DNA of 64,000 bases from Octopus vulgaris (Eukaryota): NCBI GenBank assembly GCA_951406725.2, contig OX597821.1, forward strand, positions 15,996,001-16,060,000. Direction: 5' to 3'. A program made the translations under genes and the position numbers. A model generated the notes under the pieces. The model worked only from the letters and a program-made list of their open reading frames with translations. It was not told where the DNA came from and ran no database searches. Of this stretch, positions 39,064-55,417 are shown one piece after another (position 1 is the stretch's first letter; each line of letters begins with the position of its first letter).

Positions 39064-41167
39064 TGTTATAGCCTCAGTCTCCAAATGTCGTAGTACAGCC
39101 ACGATATTTTGACGGATAGTGTAGTAACAGTAAACAAGATAACGATGCAGCCGTAATAACAACAACCTCTTCGTGAATCAATGTTTCAAACGAATTAACC
39201 AACCCACATCTTCCGACTTCACTGCGAACTCAACTCGAACACACAAACTTCACTCCGATATTCGCTCGGTCTAGTCTATTTTTCGTCTTCTGTAAGAAAT
39301 GAACTTTGTTTTTTCTTTTTACTTTTTCAGCACTTCTTTCTCTCTTTTTTTTTATTTTCAAAATTTAATATCTGTTTCGCTTTTTGGCATTATTTCTAAG
39401 TGTAGTCCCTTTCCTTTTTCTAATCCTGCTTCTACGATGTTCAATCACTTTCTGCACTGGCACCTCAGACATGTCTCATAGCTGACTTTCAATGGCATTT
39501 CCTTTCGTCTTTCAGTATGTCTTGTCTTTGATTGCTTTAAGTGTCTATTATGTTTCCAACGTTGTCCTTTAATTACTTACATCATGTTTCATATTTTAGT
39601 TACAAAACCATCCTCCCAGCACCCATTACTATTTTTATAAATTTTAATGTAGGCTTTATCTCCTACTTCAAAATGTTTTGTGGCCTTTTCTGTATTTCCT
39701 TTAAATATATTATTCCTAGAAATAATTTATCGAATATCGATTTTATTTTTGGCGTGAATATTAACTCTGTCGGAGATTTTTTTGAACTAGTATTCGAAAT
39801 GGGTGTTACTCTATATACTCACAAGAATTTCGTTACCGATTCGTCATTAGCAGCGTCATTCCTCGCTTTTTTTAACGCTCGCTTGAAAGTATCAACAAAT
39901 CTTTCTACGTGCCCGTTTAACCTCGGATGGAAGGGTAGGGCATAAACATAGTTTGTCGCTTGTATTTTGCAGAGATTTTAAAATTCATGACCCATTATCT
40001 GATACCAACGTGTCTGGAACACCATATCGGGTAAATAATTCATACAGGAACTATAATGTTCTCTTTGCGGTTGGTTTATTGCATCTGCATACCTCTGGCA
40101 ACTTTGTACCGCTATCAACAATAATTAAATAGTGTGCACCGTTCACCTTAGTCAGTAAATACTCTGCGCCACGGATTATCCATTCAGGCTACATTGGGAT
40201 TTCAACCGTCACACCATGTTTATCACCCATCACACCACGTGCACCTTTCACTGTTTTTCTTAACATAGGTTTCCCTATTTTCTTCCACGTGTCGGTGTTC
40301 TTGATTGAAATATCACTACCAGTATCCAATTGTAATTTGATATTTACACCATTACAAATTTCCTTATTTATCATCGGATTTAATTTCTGCTGAGAGCAAT
40401 GTAGACTTTTTTACATTTCCCTTCGTACATTTTTTTTATTCAGCATTGTGAACTCTTGTGTTCAGATTTTTGACAATTGTAAGATTTTTGGTTTTTAAAA
40501 GGATAATATTTTCCTAAATCTGTTACATGGATTAGGACCTATCAATCTTCGTTGGTTACAATTTTTCGGTCGACATGTCTATTTTTGCGAAATTCTTTTC
40601 TTGAATTTTTCATACGTCGTGTTTCAGGTTCATCATCCTTTCAGACTCTTCTGCAATAGTCTCCAGGGTTAAATCATGGTTCGCTTGTTCATGTTTTGAA
40701 AGAATTCTTGCCTGTAATTTCGTATCTTCATTTGCTGTAAAGCCTTGTACGAAAATGAGGCACTTAGCCATCTCAGGAGTAAGTTCTTTAGTTTTAAAAC
40801 TTTCACACATTGTGTTGCCTGTTCCTGCATCCGTAATAAAGTCACCATGCGTTGTTTTTTTAGTTGCAACTTTATTATAGAAGCCAATATTTATTCAAAT
40901 CATTTAACAATTTGTCCCACGAAGAAATTGTTGAATGACCTACGTGAGCTTCGAAACCCTCGTCGCCAAATGTTTTATCCTCCGTAAACAGAAATAACGA
41001 TGCAGCCATAATAACGACGTAACTATCCAACATACTATTCACGAACCAGCAATCAATATTCAAAACTAACTAACCAAGCGACACCTTCCGACTTCACTCC
41101 GAACGCTACTAATTATAATCGCGCGGTCCACTCTATTTCTCGCAAGGGCTCGTCTTAATTCTCATCG

Positions 41168-41170
<3 letters not shown>
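39064..41170 (-). mobile_element. Decayed Ty3/Gypsy LTR retrotransposon (Mag/K02A2.6-like), RT-RNaseH deleted
   Basis: Diverged LTRs ~39064-39295 and ~40971-41170 (shared ataacgatgcagcc, cttccgacttcact); PBS TGGCGACGAGG at 40968-40958; gag CLIFVQG..RIL; protease LQLDTGSDIS; integrase HPRLNGHVERFVDTFKRALKK. Confidence 0.85.
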
Positions 41171-41202
<32 letters not shown>

Positions 41203-41208
<6 letters not shown>

Positions 41209-41734
41209 GACACCCTGCGGGATGAAAAACAAAACCCGTCAAAGGGCAGAGGAACTCTTGAGAGTCAACGGCCATCCAATAAATGTATTAAGGCTGTATC
41301 ATGCGCGGGGACATAGAAATAATCGGACTGAACACCTGATCGCGCGGTTAAACCATTGGGAGTGAAGGAGTCCTAGCCTTTGTTAGGGCGTCCTTCTAGG
41401 AAAAGGTAACTCAGGCAACTGGGATAACTCCGACATAAAACCTGCGGCTCAGTGGTTACCGATGATGTTGACTTGTTCTTCTTTTCGGATTATGGCTGCT
41501 GTTGCTTAGTGATGGGATTGACTCAGTGCACAGCCTTTCCTCACTTAAAAAAATCTTCTTGCACAGGCATTGCACGACAACAACATTGTTCATGAGTGTT
41601 GATGGTGCTGTGATTCTGAAATGAATGGCTGGCTGTAACCTTAGAAAGCAAATAAAAGTCACATTCAATCACAGCACCAATAACAGTTAAGCTTCGTGCA
41701 ATAACCATACTCGATAAAGAGGGGGCAGCCATCA
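41203..41734. other. Unclassified structured ~530-bp element between two (TA)n tracts (possibly RTE-derived non-autonomous element)
   Basis: Sharp GC rise; nested complementary pairs; gggcgtccttctaggaaaaggtaactc..taaaacc resembles RTE 5' UTR motifs as I recall them. Confidence 0.45.
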
Positions 41735-41786
41735 TATGTATATATGCATATGTGTATGTATGTAAACATATGTCTATATATATATA

Positions 41787-41839
<53 letters not shown>

Positions 41840-41841
<2 letters not shown>

Positions 41842-42188
41842 GCCAGCTGAATTCAATTCGTTTCCAGTCGAAGGACGCCTGTCCTGGTATTATTATTATT
41901 ATTATTTTTTTTTTATATTCGTATTATTTTTTTGTATTTATATTCGTGTAACATCGTCCGTTTTTCTGTCCTTGTTTCGTACACATTCGATCCTTTCTCC
42001 AAGGAATCTAATGCTCTTAGCTTAGCTTTTCCTTGGGGCTGGCCAGATTAGAGCAGTCTCTAGATTGATCAGCCGAAATTGCGAGGATGATCCGGTTCTT
42101 GACTGAAGATTAAAGGCTTCTAATGACCCGTCCGTGTTTTTTTTATATCGTCTATTTGGATGTTTTGAGTTCTTGTCCCACTTAGTAT

Positions 42189-42192
<4 letters not shown>
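41840..42192. repeat. Second copy of the 690-960 repeat family, between (TA)n tracts
   Basis: Colinear similarity to 690-960. Confidence 0.6.
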
Positions 42193-42233
<41 letters not shown>

Positions 42234-43544
42234 GCCAAGATGGCACGTGTTTCTCTTCGTGCTTGAAATCTGGAAGACACTTGCGTAGTAAGTTGTTAAT
42301 CTTTCGTAGTAACCAATCTCTATTCCATTCTCAGATAGTACTAAAACACTAAATCGCTACACAGAAGGACATTTTCCGGGGAAAGTGTGAAAATTACGAA
42401 GTTTTCTCTTTGTTTACATAAGAAGTGGTATATTACCACATGTGGAATTTTACCAGTAGTTAGACCTCCTTAGAAAATCAAACCAAAGGTCGAAATTTCC
42501 CACTTAGTAAAAAAAATTAGATTCCGTTAGAATAGAAGTCAAACAAATAAATACATATGTATACAATTGTTGCACTTTTGGTTTAATCGAAAATCAACAA
42601 TTTTGAAGTAAGAATGCATTTGTTTACAAGTTGTGGGTTTGTTTATTACTATCCCTATTTTCTTTATATATAAACAGAAAGGGGCCTGTAGATTTCCAGG
42701 AAAACAGTAGTTTGGTGCTTGATTAATTCTTTAATTAATTAATTATTTAACTACACGTACCTTTATATATAAATAATTTTAGACTGCGCGTTGAATTAAT
42801 TTTTCAATCTACTTAAATTTTACGAAGAGAAGTAGTTTCTTTTCACTCACAATCCCAAAACATAAGTGTTCACTTTTATACTCTTCGATTGATCAGTTGA
42901 TTATACCCTTCGATCGATTGATTAATTTTTCCATTCCTCTCCATTTATTGCTCCACTATATCGCTCTCTCTCTGTCTAGCTCGAACACATACATACACGT
43001 ACAAAATCTCTCTCGCTCTCTCTCTAACATGGGTGCAAACACCCATGTTATGTCTCTCTTTCTCCCTCTATATCTATCGAGCATGTGCGTATGCGGAAGT
43101 ATGGCTATAAAAGTATTATAGCTATATACTCAAAAACACATAAAACTTTCCTATCCCAACAAATACCTCTTCCATCTGCACACGCATAGATCTCTCTCTC
43201 TCTCTCTCTCCCTGTATATCTATCTATCTATTGAATATGTGCGTATATGGGAATATGCCTATTGAACGATTATAGTTATATACTCAAACACACTGATTTT
43301 TCTTCCCTATCCCGAAAAATACCTCTCCTATCTTTCCACGCTTAGATCAATACAACTTACACCTCTCTTCCTTCTTCTCTCCCCATCTCTCCTTGTTTCA
43401 ATCTCTTTCTAAATATATACTACTGTCTCTTCCATCTGTGCACGTATAGATCAATACAACTTACTCCTCTCGTTCTTCTAGTCTCCCAATCACTCCTTAT
43501 CTGTCCTTCTCTAAACCTATACAGGAAGAAACAGTAGACTAAAA

Positions 43545-44290
43545 ATGTCTCGAAATTGTATCAGTGAAGAATTGAAACACTTATTGAGAAGGTGGCAAAT
43601 AGCGGAAGGAGACTATCCAAATAATATTATAACGGCTGCGCTAAAGTGCAATGTCTACATAAGGACCATTGCTCAGATAGACCAGAGAAAAACAAGAGTT
43701 CATCCGATCATATGATCTCATCAAACCTCACATTAACAGACTTGTCACCATCTTTGCACAGGTTCCCAAAAAGGACGATGTAGTGCGCATTACCTCCAAA
43801 ACAAAAATTATCCCTAGAATCTGTCAAAAGGGATGCAAATGGGCAAAAATCTGTTCTATGCATGGCTCATAAGATTGTGCAACAACTAACCCTAACCCTA
43901 ATCCTCAACTGGTAGCCATCCCTCCCAACACGCAAGACGCCACAGCCGATGGGTCCAGGTTGGTCGCCATTTGCATTAGCACAGAGTTTACGCCAGTATA
44001 CTTTATAAAATTAAGAGGACAGTTACAACTCAGTAACAGAAATAAAATTAATTTCGTGAGAGACCTAGTGATTTGCAATGAAGCCATATGCTTAGCACTC
44101 ACTGAAACGCACCTAAATCCCGACATTTCAGATACTGATATACACATACTAAAGTATGTCGCATTAAGAAGCGACAGAAAACAGAGGTGTCTTGCCAGAG
44201 TTGCATGTACTTCAGTGAAGATCTCATGCTTCAGGTCCTTTCGTCACACTCAAATTCAGTATGTGACTCACTAATTATACATACAATATT
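43545..44290 (+). mobile_element. Decayed 5' portion of a LINE (Cys/His-rich ORF1 remnant + APE endonuclease N-terminus)
   Basis: KLRG..ICLALTETHLNPDISDTDIHILKYVALRSDRKQR matches the APE N-terminal ETHL and RxDR motifs; upstream PRICQKGCKWAKICSMH. Confidence 0.7.
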
Positions 44291-44454
44291 ATTACCCTGA
44301 GCATTAACATAGAGCTTATAAAGTATCTTCCAAGAGTTATAATATATTACTAATAACTCTTAGCTATGTTACTATTCTTGACACCATGAATTTTAAAATT
44401 TGTCCAGAGATATTAACAATAATGACAAATCTTAGTGTTTAAATGTTTTGTTCA

Positions 44455-45598
<1,144 letters not shown>

Positions 45599-45693
45599 CA
45601 ATTGAGGATAAAATCTTTAAAAGAAATTATCAGTAGTCAGCGTGAAAAACCTCGTAAGAGAAAAAATCCGTAAATTCAAAGAGAATGAATAAA

Positions 45694-45737
<44 letters not shown>

Positions 45738-45874
45738 TAATACTAAGCAATACAGTTATAGCTATTTCTTCTACTAAAAAGGGAGATCTCAGTAAAAACA
45801 CAGCAATTGGAAGGCAGACACAAACAGGTAAGAGAGAATGAATTGACGGCAATCTATCATACAATTTTAAGTTA

Positions 45875-45974
45875 TCTACGGACGCACGTTTCGAAATCAA
45901 GTTTTTAGGAAAGCATAAGAATTAAATATTAAATAATTCTACCTTACCCAAACTTCTTTTCTCTTCAGCGTAGA
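45875..45974 (-). ncRNA. Type I hammerhead ribozyme (inverted copy)
   Basis: Reverse complement of 46310-46409. Confidence 0.8.
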
Positions 45975-46309
45975 ATACTATAATCATAAATGAATATATA
46001 TTGAATTTTGAGATACTAGAAGGCACCAACTCAACTCAATATCAGAGCGAGCTAGAATCCGCAACTAGTATCACCAAATTCAAAGTGTGAATGAAAAGAT
46101 TGTGTCACCAGCCCCTTCCCACCCGCGTGTAGCCAAAGCAAGATGCGGTGGTCATCTACTGAGATAAAATATGGTCATCCGTAATAATGAAGGGTGAAAT
46201 TTGAATTTGGTGATACTAGTTGCGGATTCTAGCTCGCTCTGATACTGAGTTGAGTTGGTGCCTTCTAGTATCTCAAAATTCAATATATAATCATTTATGA
46301 TTATAGTAT

Positions 46310-46409
46310 TCTACGCTGAAGAGAAAAGAAGTTTGGGTAAGGTAGAATTATTTAATATTTAATTCTTATGCTTTCCTAAAAACTTGATTTCGAAACGTGC
46401 GTCCGTAGA
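46310..46409 (+). ncRNA. Type I hammerhead ribozyme with canonical core and extended stem II
   Basis: TCTACG-CTGAAGA-GAAA..(~60 nt)..TTTC-GAAAC-gtgc-GTC-CGTAGA; 6-bp stem I; predicted cleavage after C46403. Confidence 0.8.
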
Positions 46410-46629
46410 TAACTTAAAATTGTATGATAGATTGCCGTCAATTCATTCTCTCTTACCTGTTTGTGTCTGCCTTCCAATTGCTGTGTTTTTACTGAGATCT
46501 CCCGAAGACTTTTAATTGAGTAGAAGAAATAGCTATAACTCTTTGACTGCTATTTCTAAATTCGGTCTGTGGTAAGGCAATTCGTTGCTAAACCCTTTAT
46601 TGCTTAGTATATAACTCTTTGACTAAATA

Positions 46630-48100
<1,471 letters not shown>

Positions 48101-49182
48101 ATTGATTGATTGATTGATTGATTCTAGTTTCAGCTTATGAGCTGTGGCCATGCTGGGGCACCGCCATTTGGTGTTGCTACTTGGTTTCACTTCATGGAGG
48201 CTTTCTAGCAACTGCTATTTGGTGCATGAGAGAGTTCGATGCAGCTGCCCTCATCTGCCCCTCCTGCCGTGAAGTTGGTTCATCTGGGACACCTGACAGG
48301 AAGAGATCCAGCTCCATTTTAAAGACATCTGTATCCACCCCATGCAGGTCTCTCAGGTTCTTCGGGAGGATATTGAAGAGCTGTGGGCCTCGGAAGCCCA
48401 GGCTATCACAGAATCTTGTCCTACATCTTGATGGCAAGTTTGGAGTCCTAGGCACCACCCAGTGGCGCCCAGTTCTGGCATTTGCGTAACTCTCGATGCC
48501 AAAGTTCAGGACACTTCCCTCCAGGATCTTCCAGATGTATATTATGGCATATCTTTCCCGCCTACGCTCCAGGGAATATAATTTTAATCTCTTGAGTCTT
48601 TCCCAGTAGCTTACATTCTGCATAGAGGCTATCATCTTCGTGTAGATTCGTTGGATCGCCTCCAGTTCTGTGATCAACTTGACACTGGATGGTGACCATA
48701 GCTGAGAGCAATAGTCAAAGTGACTTAGGACAAGTGTCTTCCAGAGGACCATCATGGTTTCTTGTTCTCTTGTTCTAAAGGTTCTAAGAATCCATCCAGC
48801 CAGCCGTCTGCATTTCAATGTCAGTTTAGCAACATGTACATGAAAGGTCGCGTCATCACTCATGTGAATACCCAGGTCACGCACTGATTGTGCCTCTGGG
48901 ATTGCAATCCCTCCGAGTCCAGTGTATTCCTTGGGTATTGCATTCAGTTTTGCATGCTGATAGTATAAAGCTTGAAACTTTTCAGCATTGAACTGCATGC
49001 TATTCTTTTCAGCCCACTTGTATATTTCGTCCAGCTCATATTGCAGGTGCTGAGTGTCTTCAGGGTTCTGTATTGCCTGTGAAACTTTTGTATCATCTGC
49101 ATAACTTGTGATCGTGGCTCTCCGCGTGGCTGAGGGCATGTCTGAGAGGGCCATTATGAACAGTAGTGGTCCCAAAACAGTG
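48101..49182 (-). mobile_element. LINE copy C (second CR1-group subfamily), 5'-truncated, (AATC)n tail
   Basis: ORF 48192..49175: [25 protein letters not shown]; clearly homologous to but diverged from A/B. Confidence 0.93.
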
Positions 49183-49212
49183 TATGTATGTATGTATGTA
49201 TATATATATATG

Positions 49213-49251
<39 letters not shown>

Positions 49252-49933
49252 GTATATATATATGTGTATATATATATGTATATATATATGTATATATATA
49301 TGTGTATATATATATATATGTATATATATATGTGTATATATATATATGTTTATATATGTGTATATATATATGTATATATATGTGTATATATATATGTGTA
49401 TATATATATGTATATATATATGTGTATATATATATATGTATATATATATGTGTATATATATATATATGTATATATATATGTGTATATATATATATGTATA
49501 TATATATGTGTATATATATATGTATATATATATGTGTATATATATATGTGTATATATATGTGTGTATAGATATGTGTATATATATATGTGTATATATATG
49601 TGTATATATATGTGTATATATATATGTGTATATATATATGTGTATATATATATGTATATATATATGAGTATATATATATGTATATATATGTGTATATATA
49701 TATGTATATATATATGTGTATATATATATGTTTATATATATATGTATATATATATATGTATGTATATATATATGTATATATATATATGTATATATATATA
49801 TATGTGTATATATATATATATGTGTGTATATATATATGTATATATATGTGTGTATATATATATGTATATATATATGTGTATATATATATGTATATATATA
49901 TGTGTATATATATATGTGTATATATATATATGT
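49183..49933. repeat. (TA)n/TATGTG satellite between LINE copies C and D
   Basis: Direct inspection. Confidence 0.95.
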
Positions 49934-50382
49934 ATATGCCATAATATACATCTGGAAGATCCTGGAGGGAAGTGTCCTGAACTTTGGCATCGAGAGTTAC
50001 GCAAATGCCAGAACTGGGCGCCACTGCGTGGTGCCTAGGACTCCAAACTTGCCATCAAGATGTAGGACAAGATTCTGTGATAGCCTGGGCTTCCGATGCC
50101 CACAGCTCTTCAATATCCTCCCGAAGAACCTGAGAGACCTGCATGGGGTGGATACAGATGTCTTTAAAATGGAGCTGGATCTCTTCCTGTCAGGTGTCCC
50201 AGATGAACCAACTTCACGGCAGGAGGGGCAGATGAGGGCAGCTGCATCGAACTCTCTCATGCACCAAATAGCAGTTGCTAGAAAGCCTCCATGAAGTGAA
50301 ACCAAGTAGCAACACCAAATGGCGGTGCCCCAGCATGGCCACAGCTCATAAGCTGAAACTAGAATCAATCAATCAATCAATC
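49934..50382 (+). mobile_element. LINE copy D, 3' ~450 bp, near-identical inverted duplicate of the end of copy C
   Basis: [12 protein letters not shown]...VARKPP plus 3' hairpins and (AATC)n; only two substitutions seen versus C. Confidence 0.93.
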
Positions 50383-50910
<528 letters not shown>

Positions 50911-52430
50911 GGATGAATGGCTGGATGGTCTATAAGACTATAACTATAGATGCTTGTTATCTGTCTCTAAACACCATCGCCCTTTGTGTCAATATTGTTC
51001 GTATTACAGAAGTCACCGTAATGTTTCATGCATTCTGGCATCACAGTTAAAATTGCAGTATTGTTGTTTATTACACTTCCAAACTCACAACTACATTTAC
51101 AAACATATTTCGTGTTCTGTTTTCTCTTAATGATTTTGAGTAGCATTCCCTTCTGAATCGTTTTGTGTACTATAATACTGTGTATATTTATCAATATTGC
51201 TAGGTTAGCTCCATCAAAAATTTTAAAACAAATCAGTAAATGAAGCCAAACCTGTTAATATACTGAAGATGAGCATGTTTATTGTGATGTTGATCCCCAT
51301 TCTGCCATATTTCCGGCGTCATAATCATCGCCTTACAATAATATCCAAAGCTACGAGGGGAACATCAATATCTTGGGGAAAGCAATTAAACAAGACAGAA
51401 TACGTTAATGGGAGAAGGATAGGAGAGAGGAAGAGTGGAGAGACAGGGGAAAACAGAGGGGTGACATAGAGAGAGAGAAGAAAGAGTGAGTGAAAGGGAT
51501 AAAGCTATGAGATAACAGAAAAAGATAATAGAGAGTATAATGGAGAATCGTACATTCGGTTTACGTAACTAGCTTTATTATCTCCTTCGTATCTTTAGTG
51601 AACATGATTAACAAGATTTAGTTTGATGATGTCGAACATGTCATTAACTGTTCCCTTCAGGCTTTGATATTAATGACACATTTTATTTCTCTCGCTTTGT
51701 TATTCTCTAAATGCGTCTACTCACAGACATGCACAAAGAGAAATTTGCTGAGAGAAATAAGTTTTATTCTTATATTATGTAATAAGAGACTTCTGTATAA
51801 CGACATTTTCAGTCAGGAAAATAGATGTATTAAGATTCTTCCACATTATCAAACAATTGGATTCTTTTTAGCTAATGGATGCGCAAGTAGACATACAATC
51901 ATTCATTCATACATACATACATATGTGTGTGTACGAATGTGTGTGTGAGTGTTATTTTATAACGAACATAACTTCTATATATCTGCATCATATTTCTGAG
52001 ACACTCAGATGTACGCCCACACATATTTTCAGCCATGATTTATTGAACAAAGGCACAAAATTGCCCAATATACTCTCATATATAAGACGGAGTACGTAAT
52101 TTATGTTTGCACTTTCATTGACGTGTGTAGTACTATCAGTTTATGAGCTGTGGCTGTGTTGCAACGCCATTATCAATGTCGCTACAATCCGCTTTCTGTA
52201 CAGTTGTCCTGGAGAAATTTGATCGGCCGCGCTGAATTGTGTGTTATTATTATTGGTTCCATAAGGCAATATATCTGTTATATACAGACATTATATAGAG
52301 ACATAACTATTAAATATACCGAGTAAAACGAACCATTCTAAGCAATGTCTATTTATAGTTGATTGTTTCGTGCAGCGACATATATACACGTGTGTGTGTA
52401 TATATATATGTATATATATATATATATATA

Positions 52431-52817
52431 TCTTTATATATAAAAGAAAGGTTGTATGTCTGTCTACTCCGATTTAGATTCCTAACTACTCCCACATTTT
52501 GCGGTGCGGTTTAACCAAAACCGGGTATCTTATAGTCGTGATTCATATCAAGCCCTTCTGGGTATTAGCGTGCGTCTACGATGAGTCTACGATTTTAAAA
52601 ATAATTTACCATCATTTTTTCCATTTTAATGCATATTCTTTTAAATAAAGGGAAGTAACTCTCTAAAAATATCTACGATGAGTCAACGATTTTTAAAAAA
52701 TTACCATAATTTTTTCCATTTTTAATGCATTTTTTGCTATTTTTTTGGTATAACTCTCTAAAAATGCTTTGTAGTTATTTCCCTTACAAACCCGAGCAAC
52801 GCCGGGCGATACTGCTA

Positions 52818-52818
<1 letters not shown>
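52431..52818 (+). mobile_element. Non-autonomous Helitron inserted in (TA)n
   Basis: A|TCtttatatataaa start; cccgagcaacgccgggcgatactgCTAG|T end shared with 30100-30474; internal tandem duplication tctacgatgagtc. Confidence 0.82.
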
Positions 52819-52865
<47 letters not shown>

Positions 52866-52868
<3 letters not shown>

Positions 52869-54592
52869 CTGACTCCCCACCAATTTCATGCCTTGTACCC
52901 GTAGTAGTAAAGATTATTATTAGTTCGATAAAGGCGACGAGATGGCATCATCCCCGGTATCAGGCAAGTACTTTATTTTATCGACCTGGAAATTATGAAA
53001 GGTAAAATCGATCTCGGTTGCATTTGAGTGCAGTAACAAAGACGAAACAAATGTCGCTAAGCATTTTTTCGGTGTGCTAACGATTCCGAAACCTTTATTC
53101 TTATGAACAATAATAAGTATAATTCTTTCTTATATGCACGTGACGCGAAATATGAGTGAGTTGCTAGTGGATTACATGGATCCAGCTGTCAATCTGGTAC
53201 TTATTTCATCGAATCCAAAATGAATAAAGGCAAAGTAACTTCAGTGGAATTTCAATCCAGCATATAAAGCATGAAGAAACGCCGCTGAAAGTTTTGTCCT
53301 GTGCCTTGATGATACTGCCAGTTCATTGACTTAATCCTTTCTACCATAGGCACAAGAACTGAAATTTTGAAGGTAAGCTCTAGTGGATCACATTAATCCT
53401 AGTACTCAGACGTTACTTATTTTATCGACCCGAAAATGATGAAAAGCAAAGTCAACTTCGGGAAAATTAGAACTCAGAACTAAGGATTTTGCCCGGCGTG
53501 CTAACGATTCTGCCAGGTCAACGCCTTAGTGGTAATAATAATATTGACAATTTGTTCTTCTCTAAGCACAATGTCGTACATTTTGGGGGAGAAGGCCAAT
53601 CGATTAGATCGATCCCGGTACGCAACTGGTACTTAATGTATCGAACCCAAAACGATGAAAAGCAAAGTCGACCACGGCGGATTTGAACTCAAAACGTAGC
53701 GGCAGATGAAGTACCCCTCAGCATTTCGCCCAGGGTGATATATATTCTACCAGCTCGCCACCTTAGTAATAGCAATTATAATAATGGTTTCAAATTTTGC
53801 CACAATGGAAGCAATTTTGGAATAGAGCATAGTACTTGACTGACACTTAATTTATCAACCTCGAATGGATGAAAGGCAAAGTCGAGAGCGGCGGAATTTG
53901 AACTTAGAACGTAGCAGCATGCGAAATACTGCTCAGTATTTCGCCCAGCGTGCTAACGATTCTGCCAGTTCGCCGCCTTAGTAATACTAATAATAATCCT
54001 TTCTACTATAGGCACCAGATTTTTTAAAATTTTGGAGGAGGGGACTTAATTTTAGTACTTAATTTATCAACCCCGAAAGCATTAAAAGCAAGGGCAACCC
54101 CGGCGGAATTTGAACCCAGAACGTAGTGACAGATGAAATACCTATTTCTTTACTGCACACAAGGGACTAAACACAGAGAGGACAAACAAGGACAGAAAAA
54201 CGGATTAAGTCGATTATATCGACCCCAGGGCGTAACTGGTACTTATTTAATCGACCCTGAAAGGATGAAAGGCAAAGTCGACCTCGGCGGAATTTGAACT
54301 CAGAATGAAATAACGCTAAGCATTTCGCCCGGTGTGCTAACGTTTCTGCCAGCTCGCCGCTTTAATAATCCTTTCCACTCTAGGCACAAGGCCTGAAATT
54401 TTGGGACAGTATGGGGACTAAGACAATTACATCGACCCCAGTGATACACTGGTACTTAATCTACCAACTCCGAAACGATGAAAGGCAAAGTCGACCTCGG
54501 CGGAATTTGAACTCAGCATGTAGCGACTGGCGAAATATTGCTAAACATTTCGTCCAGCGGGCGAACGATTCTGCCATCCCACCGTCTTAGTA
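52866..54592 (-). mobile_element. Head-to-tail cluster of about 7-8 family 2 SINE copies
   Basis: Repeated gatgaaaggcaaagtcgacctcggcggaatttgaactcag and gccgccttagtaata units separated by short TAA runs. Confidence 0.85.
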
Positions 54593-54628
<36 letters not shown>

Positions 54629-54629
54629 T

Positions 54630-54663
<34 letters not shown>
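54593..54663. repeat. (TAA)n microsatellite
   Basis: Direct inspection. Confidence 0.95.
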
Positions 54664-55146
54664 CAGTAGTGCAGTAATAGTAATAGCATACACCCAAAAT
54701 GTTTGTGCATTCTCTCAAGTTTCATCAATCGAATTTAGTAGATTTAATGAGGTTAATAGGTTTTTAGTTTTCCCAATGCTGCACATACAGTAAACATTTG
54801 CAGAAGTGATGGATACATTGCTTTCTCTGTCTCCCCTTGGGTAAATTAAATTCAGAGATAAATCATTTATCTGTTCAAATAGAGGACCTAATTATAAATA
54901 TAGATCAAACATTACAGATCGAATTGCTCGCCATGAAGTACTTTTAGTTATACGTTTAGCTTGATGACCTAACGTCCGTAATTGTAATGTTCAGGCTGTA
55001 TCAACATAATCCTAAAATTGATACATTCATACACGTTAGGTTAACTATCCTATTTTCATGTCTACTATTAATACTTATCGTAAAACCTTTACAAATTTTC
55101 CGGAGAATGTATTACACAATAACTTGCATGATATTTTCTTTTCTAA

Positions 55147-55344
55147 TTTGTTTCAGTCATTAGACTGCATTCATACCGGAGAATTGGTGAATTTTAGTCG
55201 AATAAATCTACCCTAGTACTTCTCTATTTTAAACGTGATACTTATTCTATTGATCACTTTTGCCGAACCGCTATGGTACGGGAGCCAAGCACACTAACTC
55301 TGGCTGTGAAGCGGTGAATGGTAGGACAATATAGACACCCCGTA

Positions 55345-55417
<73 letters not shown>

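Larger units (their letters stand above)
45740..46609. mobile_element. Penelope-like inverted pLTR structure: ~304-bp arms (45781-46084 / 46200-46503), 115-bp spacer
   Basis: Arms are near-perfect reverse complements, each carrying a hammerhead; both outer ends carry tactaagcaata and meet (TA)n. Confidence 0.8.

Noticed and set aside
43887-43905. Telomeric (CCCTAA)n repeat
   Set aside because: Only about three imperfect units inside a decayed LINE fragment.
48118-48489. Antisense ORFs over LINE copies (also 49997..50368, 5334..5678, 5876..6163)
   Set aside because: Shadow frames of the RT ORF with no independent coding evidence.
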